This document shows positions 50,574 to 61,409 of a DNA stretch of 64,000 bases, one piece after another. Under the pieces are notes generated by a model that saw nothing but the letters and a program-made list of their open reading frames with translations, searched no databases and was not told the DNA's origin. The position numbers and the translations under genes were made by a program. Origin of the DNA: Takakia lepidozioides (taxonomy: Eukaryota; Plantae; Bryophyta); the NCBI GenBank assembly GCA_030704615.1, contig CM060733.1, positions 75,082,001 to 75,146,000 of the forward strand. The letters are read 5' to 3'. Every line of letters begins with the position of its first letter. Position 1 is the first letter of the stretch.

Positions 50574-53500
50574 ATGCTCCATCCTGAGAAGGAGGAAGTT
50601 CCTGCAGCAAAGAAGAGACATCGTCGCAAGCTCCGCAAGTTATACTTCGCGCGAAGGCCAATGCTGAAGGGGAGAAAGCAGATTCGTCTTCAAGAGGAGA
50701 TGGTCATCTCGCAGCAGCAGGCAACGCAGGCAACCCAGCCACCAGTGGGGGGGGAGGAAACGGCCCGGTCCGGTTCAGAAACCAGTTCAAGGACGGGCTG
50801 CTTCTTCTTCGTCTTTGCTGGAGAAGGGCCCGACTCCTGCTGGCGATTCTTCATGATCTTCAAACGCGACTGTTTCTCTGGGGCTTGGAACTGCAAAGCC
50901 TTGCCTTTCCAAACCGCGTCCTTGAAACGCACAGGGCTAGGCCCGGCAGGGAGACCCGTGCTCGTGGATCGGCTGGGTGTGCGTGCTGCAGCTAGTTCCA
51001 CGGATTCTTCCTGCGGCTCTTCGGATTCCTGCGATCCCTCCACCACCTCCACCTTTCGAGTTAGGCATGCAAACATCTCTGAACCCATTGACAAAAGTTT
51101 TCTGGGATGCCTGTTCGAAGAACCGCCAGCAGGAAGGTCCAATCTACCTTGTCGAAGGCAAGCAGAAGGGTGCAGTGCAGATTCAAATGCAGCTGACGCC
51201 TTCACATGTAAGAGTGATGAAGCAGAAGGCAAACAGGGGGAGGTTGGAGCAGTCTCCCGCAAAACCGATTCCACGAGCTGAAGCCCAGTTACTGTTTGAT
51301 TTCCAGCCAGGTGATGTTGGGGGCTTCTCTGCTACAGTAAAGGCAACGGGATCGACCGATTTTGTGGATCCGTTAGCGGAGGAGGGTGCTGCTGCTCAAC
51401 GTTCGCAGCAGCACTTCACCACCTTTCAGGAAGACCTTCAGAATGCTGCAGGCCCGGAGGAGGCCTCTGCAATTCGAGAATTGACCGCAAAGACTCCCCA
51501 GACTTCAGCTGTTGTTGGGGATGCTCCAGCTGCTCAGCCCCTACCGCCACCTGCAGAAATGTCTCCGGAGGAATTCCAAAGTGCAGCGGATACAATGTTG
51601 GAGGAGACACACAATATCATTGGCAAAGTTCTGGGCAGCAGGGTATTCCAGTGGACTCTTCGAATTCCACTCTGTCGCATGGTCTCCCTTCTTATCGTCA
51701 GGCAGGCTCTTCCAGGAGATGTGGATAAGCTCAAGTTCGTATTTCGAGAAGGGTACCGCCTAGGTTCGCCAGCCTTCTACGTTTCCATTGAGAATGAGGA
51801 CGGCGAAATTCGTGGACCCACTGCGGATGAATTATCAGCATGGGATACCCACCGGTACACTCGCAACAACGAATTTGAGACAATGTTGAAGGGTGATCCT
51901 GACTTCGGCCATATGTCGGGCAAAATGTTTTTTGTGTGGGACGGGAATCACCGACTTCTTGCCTGGTGGGAGTACATCAAGCAGAACCATTCCAAGCATA
52001 TTGGCTGGCATTACATGGTGGAGTGTGTCATCCTCAAGGTGAAGGCGGCAGACTCCTCCCTGCTCAAGAATGCCATGGCGGACCTCAACTCATAAGATTC
52101 TCATACCCTCCCAGGCACATCCGAAATGAGGTGCCGCATTTCGGTTTCCAATCAGTTTTGTTTCTGTGCTTCATTGGATTGAACTGGAGAGTGTGCCTTG
52201 TAGGGTCACTGAAAATGCTTACGTGCATACCCACATGGCACATATGTTGTATAGGGTGAGGAAAACTGGTCTCACTGACCCGCACATGTTCGCCGAAGTG
52301 CTGGAGCCCGAGCTCATTCAAAAAGCCCTGGCAAAAACAGACCGGACATGGTATCGCCTCACTATGGATGGAATGGTGGAGGTGATATACGAAGTCGTCC
52401 TCCCATTTTCCTCTGCTCATCCTTCCCCAATTTCTAGTCATCTTTCCACATGGATCTTATGTAATGCTTCTGCATGTTTTTCTTGGCAGTCAAACATCAA
52501 GCTGGATTTGGCCCATGCGAAACGCTTCTTCATGGAAAGTGAGGGGCAGACAAAAACATTGCAGTCATTAACCGAGCACTTGAAGGAAGTCGGGGTGAAG
52601 TCCAGAACCAAATACAAGTCAAAGCTTGTGAAGCCGGTGGCCATTGCAGATCCAGCACTTGGAAAGGACTTCATCCCCGAGATTGCAAAACACTATTCTC
52701 GGGCCATGCAGCCGACCATGCAGTTGGAGAACTGCATCACCTGTCAACGGCATGTGTGGAGGCGAAAGAGAAGGTGAGGTTTCAATGCACTGAAGTTCCT
52801 TCCTAGCAATAGCCACTCTTCTTCTTGCTCCTGACATTGGATCGGAAATGGCAGACATGGTGGCTGTCGATCTAGAATGCATCGGAGAGTATAAGGACCA
52901 TGTGGTCTTTTGCACTCGAAGTTTCCAACCCTGCAGTGGATGTGTGGCTCAACCGCATGACTTGGTGGTTCCAGGTAATTCAAGGTACTTCCCCCGATTC
53001 ACTTTTTTGGAATGAATTCCGTGAACTCCTACGTGACAAATGCATGTTGGAAACGCAGGTAATGACGAATGCGAAGGAGCAAGTCGTAATGCATAGTGAT
53101 TCGTTCGGCTTGTACGTCAAATGGGATGGAACACAGACATTGGAAGACTACGTGATACGTTTCAGATGTGCGTACAAGGACAACCTCTTCGCCAGGGAGC
53201 TGCAGACAGCAAGAAGGAGCGTGGAGTTTACACACCAGGAGGGGGCGGAAAAAGCTGCAATGCGAATTGTGTACAGGTGAAGCCCAGCTCCCGTTGTATG
53301 CAAAAACTGGGTTATGAGGTTAGTCTGAGAAATGCGGCACCGCATTCGCACTTTATCGTTTCGGTTGCACTCTGCGAGTACATTCTCATAGCTTGTGCTC
53401 GCGCATGTTGACTGTCTTGCAGGTATATGAAATACGTGCTACTTAAGACAGGGGCCCTGGCGCAAGAGCCCCCGTTTTTCATGGCTTGGACCGTGCCGGG

Positions 53501-55750
53501 ACCAAGCTGTGTCTACCTACCAGAGATGCAGAAACAATGGCATGTCGCGCATCTCGTTGGATGCCCGTGGTACCTGGACATGTCTGGCGGACTTGTTGAT
53601 GAATCGGAGAAAGATCTGCACGCAAAAGCGGAGGAGAAGAGAAAGGAAAGACGTGTCCCTGCTGGGCCTGAGTCAGCAAAGGACGCTGCTGCTCTGGAAC
53701 AATCCATAATTGCAGCTGAGATGCAGTTGTGCAGGCTCAACAGAAGGGGTCAAAGAAGAGGACTCGCCAGCAAGGAGCAGCAGTTGTGACATCGAAGAAG
53801 ACGAAGAAGCAAAAACAGATAGAGCAGGAAGAGGGTGACGAAGAGGACAACGATGGAGACTTTGCAACCAGCCCACCCCCCAAAACGCAGCCGAAATCCC
53901 CTGTGCCCACCGTTGTCACGAGAGGGACAAGAACAGGCTCAGCCAAGAAGGCACTCTTCAACCCCCCGGGGGGGCACCCTTTCGAGCCGGTGGAAATGAA
54001 GAGGCCGAAAGTGGAGCCAGAAACAGTAGTTCAGTGTGTCAATGAGAGTTTCATGGCGGCTCTGGACGGACGGGCATCCAAGGTTGGCATACATCAAGAC
54101 CATGGAGGGTCTGAAGGGCAGAACACTGAAGAAGGTGGCTGAAGCAAAGCCTTCCGACACCCCTGGGTTTCTGAAGATGGTCTCGTTCTTTGAGAAGGTG
54201 TGTGAAGGGAAGGATTGCAGGAGGGGAGGAAAAGCCACAGAGTGGTCTTGCGATATGATCATCTTGGATATTCCGGACGGAGAGCCTGTGGAAGGACTGC
54301 AAGGTTTGCCATCTTGGAACAGGTACTCCGAGGACTTTTGGAAGAAAGGATTCGGGCTCACCCGCATGGTGTTGGACGACAGAGGCTGTGTGGTTGTCCT
54401 GGCGAGCAGAGGCAAAAACACGGAGACAGGAATTGCGAAGTGGACCTGCAAGAGCGTCGTCCCAATTCTGAAGAAGAAGTGGATGTGCATCAACACATTG
54501 GGCCTTCGGTCGAAAGGGAAGAAGGTAATTAGGACATTAGCAATCTTCCTTTCATTTTGTAACCTGTTTTGAAATGCGGTGCCGCATTTGATTTCCAATC
54601 GTTCCCCACTGTGTATGCAGACGAAGCAGTTCGATGCATACTGCTTTGTGAAGGACCTTTGCTTTTTGGAAGGAGGGATTGTTGGTTGACCCAAACTACG
54701 ACCCCATCGATTACGACGTCATGTTCAACAACGTTCCCACGGAACTCCTCCCCCATAGTCTCACTTCAACGGATCCCCTGCGGTATTCACGGACTCGGAG
54801 CCCTGCCTTCATCCAGACAATTATGAAGGCATGCACTGACCTGGAGGGCAGAGTGCTGGACCACATCTGTGGAACAGGTATGCAAATTCTTGTACTATGT
54901 TGTTCTGTGAATTCTCATTCTGTTCAAATTCGCCATGTGTGAAGGGATATTTTTCAATGAGTGGATTGCATTGTAACAGGTGCCTCAATGTGGGCTGGGC
55001 GATTTTCCGATCGGCACCTCTTTGCCTACGAGGAGGACACATCCGTCTGGGGATCCCATCTGGAAGGGCTTCAACAGAATGTGAAGGCTCCCATCGAAGC
55101 CAAAGATTCCTCGGATTCGTTGGAGTCGGAGGAAGAGACAGTGGACATTGATGCCGAGGAGAACCCGGAATACGAGTGAGTGCAAACATTGTAAGTTTGC
55201 AAAGCCTTCTGGGTGATTTTTTGTCAAACGCATTTCCGGACTGTGGTTCTCATTGGTCTCGTGGGTGATTGTTATGTGCAGGATTCCAGGATCCGGGTCG
55301 AAACATGTAGGGCCTACACTTCCTGTCAGGATGAATGTCCCGTTCTTTGCGAGGGCCGACTTCATGACGAGCCCGGTGAAGGACTACTCCCTTCTTAGTT
55401 ATGTAGCTAAACTCGCAAATACAGCGATTAGACGATGTGAGAATCCCAGTAAAGTAGAGCAGATTTTGGAGAGGGCTAGGGAGGACATAAGGATAAGGAA
55501 AGAGTTGGCAGCCGCTGAGACAAGTAGACGGGTGCAAAAGTTCATATGTGATTCAACGGATGAGAGCGATGCAGACAGGGAGGACGACGACCCAACGGAG
55601 GTGAGATGGTCGGTTCCACAAGGGGAAGATGGGATTTTCGAAAGCCTGGCCAACGAGCAGTCCGCTGGACATGAGAAAGGCAATGACGGGGTGGAAGCGG
55701 AGCAGGACAGTCTAGGACAGGACGACGATAGTGATGATTTTCAAGATTAG
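50574..55750 (+). CDS. Transposon-borne spliced gene: ParB/Srx-like domain + beta-class N4C/N6A DNA methyltransferase-like domain (probably degenerate)
   Basis: FFVWDGNHRLLAW (DGNHR at 51940-51954); DMIILDIPDG (54252-54281); FGLTRMVLDDRGCVVVL; RSPAFIQTIMKACTDLEGRVLDHICGT|GASMWAGRFSDRHLFAYEED across GT-AG intron 54878-54979; acidic tail; several frameshifts; start uncertain. Confidence 0.7.
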
Positions 55751-55885
55751 TAGAATTTTAATTAACTCTCTGTACATTTAAATTCTCTTCCACAGTATAT
55801 AAATGAAGTTCTCCCGTCCTTCATGTCCCCTCTCCCATGTGCTTCTCAACGACACCATCGTCCAAACCACATCCCTCCCAAAATC

Positions 55886-56912
55886 GGAAATGCAGCACCG
55901 CATTTCCATGTCGGAACGGAAATGTGGCATCTGCAAAAACCTCGTTTGGAAATGCGGCACCGCATTTCCAAAACCGGGGCAAGAACAATTTTCCGTTTCA
56001 TGGTTTGGACATCAGAAACTGTTCGGCCGAACGGAAATGCGGTGCCGCATTTCCGTTTTTGACACGGCAGTTTTGCCGATTGCCAGTTCCTTCCATGGAG
56101 GTAAATGGAAATGTCACCCCGCATGCGGAGGTCGAACACGTTATTTAAATGGCGGACATGGAAATGCGGTGCCGCATTTCCATTTTGGAGATGGACGTTT
56201 TTCCAACTCCAGACCCATCGACGGAAATGCGGCTCCGCATTCCATGATGCTGGATGGGAATGCGGCACCACATTCCATTGTCCAATAAGAAATTTCGATG
56301 ACGTACATGGAAATGCGGCGCCGCATTTCCAGAACGGACATCGTTGTTTGTCCAATTCCAGACCCTTGGACGGAAATGCGGCACCGCATTCCATTGTCCA
56401 ATAAGAACTTTCGATTGCCAAACATGGAAATGCGGCGCTGCATTTCCAAAACAGACATCATTGTTTGTCCAATTCCAGACCCGTGTGGGCATTCCGTCTT
56501 GTTGGACGGAAATGCGGCACCGCATTCCATTGTCCAATACGAAATTTTGATGACGGACATGGAAATGCGATGCCGCATTTCCAGAACGGACATCGTTGAT
56601 TGTCCAATTCCAGACCCTTTGACGGAAATGCGGCACCGCATTCCATTGTCCAAGAAGAAAATTTGATGACGGACATGGAAATGCGGTGCTGCATTTCCAG
56701 AACGGACATGGACAAGCATTGGCGATTGGACATGCTTGGACAATTCAAGGTCTAATATGGAAATGCGGTGCCGCATTTCCAATTCAAAGTATGGTAATGC
56801 CATGTCAAGAAATGAAATGCGGTACAACATTTCCGTTACGACCACAATGGAGGAAAGGGAGCTACCAGAAATCGCTGCATGGAGAAAAATGAAATGCGGT
56901 GCCGCATTTCCG
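55886..56912. repeat. Second array of ~18 GGAAATGCGG-NN-CCGCATTTCC palindromes, ~116-bp higher-order unit
   Basis: Copies at ~55886, 55948, 56032, 56160, 56222, 56257, 56309, 56371, 56426, 56507, 56561, 56623, 56677, 56759, 56813 and 56891. Confidence 0.92.
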
Positions 56913-57255
56913 AGCTTCAGCATGTACTTGTTTCCTTTTACTCATACATGGATTCCCTTCACCTCAGGACTTTGATATCGCTGACTCTGGTATATTCATG
57001 TGGACAGACACATTATAGAAATGAGACCACAAATTGTAAACAGTGGGCCAATTACGGCAGTTCTTGAACACAATGAAACAGAGCACACAAAAGTGAGGTA
57101 CGATGGGTTGTTTCATTGATCGAACACGGTGTCTCACATTTAGCAACTCCAGACAAATCTAAGCCCTTCCGCCTTCTACATGGGCGTCACCAAGTCGACG
57201 GAACTTCGATAGCCCTCAAAACAAGCTCATTACTGATGCGGCACCTCGAGGTAAA

Positions 57256-57765
57256 CTACAATGCGGTCGTTCTGGTGCCCTTGGTGGAGCTGACGACAAT
57301 GTCATGCCCATCAATGATACCACCATCATACATTGACAAGGTCACTGTGGGCCTCATGTGCCCGTGTGATTCGTCCTCGCAACTCAGCTGAATGTCTCCA
57401 TACACTGGAAGAGCGGAGTGAACTCCACAAATATAGTTTTCCCCGGTGCCGTCCTCCCTGGTCCACTGACAGCAGTTCCAGCGCCAAAGCGAGGCCGTGC
57501 GTGATCTATCCGGCATCCCATTCCAGCTTGGTATATCAAGGTCAACAATTTTCAGGACCCACGGACCGCATTGACCCTCGCCCTCACCTCGCTCAAAGCG
57601 GTAATAGCCCTCCAAATACTCCATTGCGCGCAAAGACTCCCGCTTGATTCCAGAAGCGTCAGTGAAAACAGAGAGCCAGACAATGATGTCTCCTGATTCT
57701 GGTTTGAACATAGCATAATCTTGGCCATGATAAGGGCAGTCAGCAGGATTTCGGCGGCACGGCAT
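57256..57765 (-). CDS. Hypothetical 169-aa protein, possibly a third gene of the Mutator element
   Basis: ATG-initiated, globular-looking Cys/Trp-rich ORF converging on the second palindrome array; no family recognised. Confidence 0.4.
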   Translation of the reverse strand: MPCRRNPADCPYHGQDYAMFKPESGDIIVWLSVFTDASGIKRESLRAMEYLEGYYRFERGEGEGQCGPWVLKIVDLDIPSWNGMPDRSRTASLWRWNCCQWTREDGTGENYICGVHSALPVYGDIQLSCEDESHGHMRPTVTLSMYDGGIIDGHDIVVSSTKGTRTTAL

Positions 57766-57984
57766 CCTTGAAAAAGATTAGCGGAGTACGCTCAATGACA
57801 ACAGCTTCCGGATGGAGGAGGCAGCAGCGCGGTGGCTGGAAGAAGTTCAAGCAAACGCTGCAATTCCTCACAATCACTCCAGGGCACATTTAAATTTCCC
57901 CCCTACATGAACCTGCACGGATGAAGATTGGCTGCTCCATGAATGTAGCCGTTTCAGTTTCCTTCCCTGTTGTCCCCAAAACAA

Positions 57985-58530
57985 CTTAGGTGGCAAGACA
58001 CTTTGGTGGTGTTGGACGTGGATATCCAGTACAAACCGGGACGGGACAATGTGGTGGCTGATGCTTTAAGTATAAAGCAGCAGCTCATGTTGGTGTACAG
58101 GGGCGAGACGACGCTCCAAAGGAAGATTCGGAAGGCTTACCGGAAGGATGAAATGGCAAAGTCCGTGATGCAGGACTTGAGGTTGGGGGTTAAATCGCAA
58201 TTCCACTTGCACAAATGGACTGCTCCGGTACAAGCAAAAGCGTCTCTATGTGCCGAAGGGTGGGATCAGAGATAGTCTCTTGAGAGAATGCCACGATGGC
58301 CTGCTTGCGGACCACGGTGGAGCCAAACGCACCGCGGCACTCTTGAAGAAAGAGTATTTCTGGCCCAAACTGAGGGAGGAGGCCGAGGAGTATGTCAAGA
58401 CATGCACCACATGCCAACAAAACCGGAGCGAGTACAAAAAGCAAGTGGGGTTGTTACAACCCTTGCCGATTCCAGAGGGGTCTTGGGAAAGTGTCTCGAT
58501 GGATTTCATGACTGCTTTGCCGCTGTCAAA
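57985..58530 (+). mobile_element. Ty3/gypsy RNaseH-integrase fragment
   Basis: DIQYKPGRDNVVADALS; ECHD..HGG..YFWPKL..CTTCQQN..GLLQPLPIP..WESVSMDFM (HHCC Zn finger). Confidence 0.9.
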
Positions 58531-58589
58531 AGGGACCTGGAATTACTGGACAAGAGTGTTTATAAGATGGGAGAAGGGCGAGCTCATGG

Positions 58590-59110
58590 GGGGATCGCCA
58601 ACCACCAAGATTTTTTGAGCGTTGGCTGCCCCTTCATGGGGAGTTCGCCGACCACTTCAATGGCATGAGGTCAAGAAAAGTCAGGACCAACATATTCTGT
58701 GTCATCACCGATACTGATAGCTCTCGTGAGCTGATAGAATACATTCAATCCTCAAACGGGAAATTCCTTATAGAGACAAGCTTCTACATTCCATCGAAGA
58801 GGGAGATTTTTTTCAAGACAAGGAATTTTGAGACTCCAGTCGTTCATTTCCATTTCATTTTTCCAATGGGAGAGGCGGAGTGGGACGACGAGGACGAGGT
58901 TGTGCCCGGAGGAGCATCACAGCCGACGATCAATACATCCCAAGAGTGCTACGTACAGAGGCGGAAGAATCTGAAAATCCTCTGCAAAGTCGCTACTACA
59001 ATAATGAGATCCGATCATCGGCCATCAACCAGGTCGTTGAGACCTTCTGTCCGGAGGGCTCTTCCATTGTCAATCTGTGTTGTGGCGGGATTGTCACATA
59101 CTCGCTTCTG
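58590..59110 (+). pseudogene. Second methyltransferase-like remnant (motif X-I region)
   Basis: EIRSSAINQVVETFCPEGSSIVNLCCGG followed by a gtaag donor at ~59110; same layout as motif X-I at 54790-54877. Confidence 0.4.
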
Positions 59111-59189
59111 GTAAGAACGTGCAAACTCAACTCGTAATTTTACTTCTTGTAAACCCCATTATTACCGTACTAGGGATGGTACCAGATGA

Positions 59190-61240
59190 TATAGGGAGAT
59201 ATCCCGTCCTCCATTGACGGGAGATCTCCCTTCCTAGCCATGACGGGAGACCTCGCGTCCTCCTATTGACCACAATACTGATACCCAGATGATTAGAGGA
59301 CTTTCCCGAGTGCGTCCGGACTACAAAGTGATACACAAGACTTTAGGTAACACACTGGCAATGTTACCTAAGATCTTGTAGATCACTCATTGCCTGCCCC
59401 TGGTACCTGAACATGTCGGGCGGACTTGTGGACGAATCAAAGAAAGAGCTGCTTGCGGAAGCGAAGAAAAAGGAAAAATGTGTCCCTAGTGGGCCAATGC
59501 AGCCAGGGGAGGCTGCTGCTCTTCAAGAACATAAGGAGCAGGAAGAGGCTAAAGACGAGGGTGAAGATGGGGACTTTGCAACCAGCCAACCCCGGGACAC
59601 CCAGCGGAAATCCCCTGCGCCCGCTCCTATTGTGAAAGCCACAAGAACTGGCTCAGCAAAGAAGACACTATATGGCAATGCACAAACGGGAAGTATGTCT
59701 CTGCTTGTGAATGATGTGTCATTGCTTCAAGTGATGATGGGTTGAAAGTGTTTGTGGACAGAAGTCCATTGACAGGAGATCTCCCGTCGTCCGTTTGGCG
59801 GGAGACCTCCCGTCCTCTATTTATCATTCTTATCTACGTCTTAATATGAACCTTCGGCAATAATCTCATGTCCTCCATTTGATGATTCATATCTCTGTTT
59901 TGAGATCAACAATATCGCGAAAGACTAGATTGGAACGAAACAATACTGATACCCAGATGATTACAAGCATTTATTCGAGGACTTTCCCGAGTGCGTCCGT
60001 ATTCTTACAAAGTGATTAACAAGACTTTAGGTAACACACTGGCGATGTTATCTAAGATCTTGCAAATCACTCTATAAGTATGGCAATGCACATGCAGGAA
60101 GTATGTCTCTGCTTCTGAATGCTATGTCATTGCTTCAAACGATGATGGGTTGAAATTGTGTGTTGGCTTCGTCCAGTGACAGGAGATCTCCCGTCAATCC
60201 TTTGGCAGGAGATCTCCCGTCGTCCGTTTAGCGCGGGACCTCCGGCGGTAAATTAAGATAAATCTGGACACTAGTGATACCCAGGTGATTAACCACATTC
60301 ATTATGGGGATTTCAAGAGTGCCTGAACATACTTACCTTGTAAACCACAAGACTTTATGCAACACTGGCAATGTTGGATAAGATCTTGTGGTTAACTTGA
60401 TAAGTATGGCCAGAAAGAAAACTTAAAGTAATTCCCAGATTGTGAGAGCTCTGATATTGCTTCAGATGATGGGTTGAAAGTGTGCGTAGGAAGTCACCAT
60501 ATTTTCCAAGCAATTTTTCGACCTCCTTCGACGGGAGACCTCCCTTCCTTCTTTGACCAGGTTCATCTGTGTCTTTCACTGTATCTAGTTCGTAGAATTT
60601 GGATCATTGAAACCTTCTCCCTTCCGGTCCATTGCCATTCAAGTATTTCAAGATGAACCTCGAGCAGGACTGATACCCAAGTGATTAGTAACATTCATGA
60701 CGGGACATTTGGAGTGCAGCCAAATACTTACAGAGGGTGACACAAGTCTTTACATTACACACTGACGATGTAATCTAAAATCTTGTGTGGCTTTCATGTA
60801 AGTCTGGCCATGCACAAGCCTGATTTGTCACTGCTAAGAATGATGATGGGTTGAAAGTGTTAGTTGGCAGAAGTCCAGTGAACATCCTTTTGACCTTCAT
60901 TTGAACAATCATTTGAGATGAACCTCGCGCAAGACTACTGTTTCACGAACACTATTGATACCCACGTGATTAGCTACATTCATTGCAGGACTTCTTTGAA
61001 TGCGTCCGTATTCTTACAAAGTGATATACAAGACTTTAGTTAACACATTGGCGATGTTATCTAACATCTTGGGTATCAATTTGTAACTATGGCCATGCAC
61101 ATGCAGGAATGTCTATGCTTTGAATGCTCTATCCTTGCTTCAAATGATGATGGGTTGAAAGTGTTTGCTGGCAGACGTGGATTGACGGAAGATCTCCCGG
61201 CTTTACTATGCCGGGATATCTTCCGGGAAAGACCTCCCGT
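59190..61240 (+). repeat. Imperfect tandem repeats (~290-400-bp units x5) with GACGGGAGATCTCCCGTC palindromes
   Basis: Unit start tgataccca.(a/g)tgatta at ~59279, 59947, 60275, 60672 and 60956; recurring tgatgggttgaaa and ggagatctccc motifs. Confidence 0.85.
59394..59668 (+). pseudogene. Duplicated fragment of the ParB-MTase gene middle exon
   Basis: CPWYLNMSGGLVDESKKELLAEA..DGDFATSQP..KSP..TRTGSAKK matches 53560-53955. Confidence 0.85.
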
Positions 61241-61409
61241 TGTTGGAGTGCAGCTACGGCGTGAGCCTAGCCGCGTGAGCCCAAGAGCTCGGCTCATACT
61301 TTGCCCTCTAAGCGTGAGCCCAGGGATTTAGTGGAGGAAGAAGCAGGCCCCATACCCGAGTCCTCTGTTTAGAGAGGGTCCTATTGTCGTGGAAGCAGTT
61401 ATAGCGCTT

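Noticed and set aside
50574-55750. Bacterial/phage contamination as the source of the ParB-MTase
   Set aside because: The gene has GT-AG introns (one splits motif I) and is embedded among plant transposons.
59700-61170. C/D snoRNA cluster (repeated ATGATGA and CTGA)
   Set aside because: The motifs are parts of tandem repeat units, with no terminal stems or recognisable rRNA guides.
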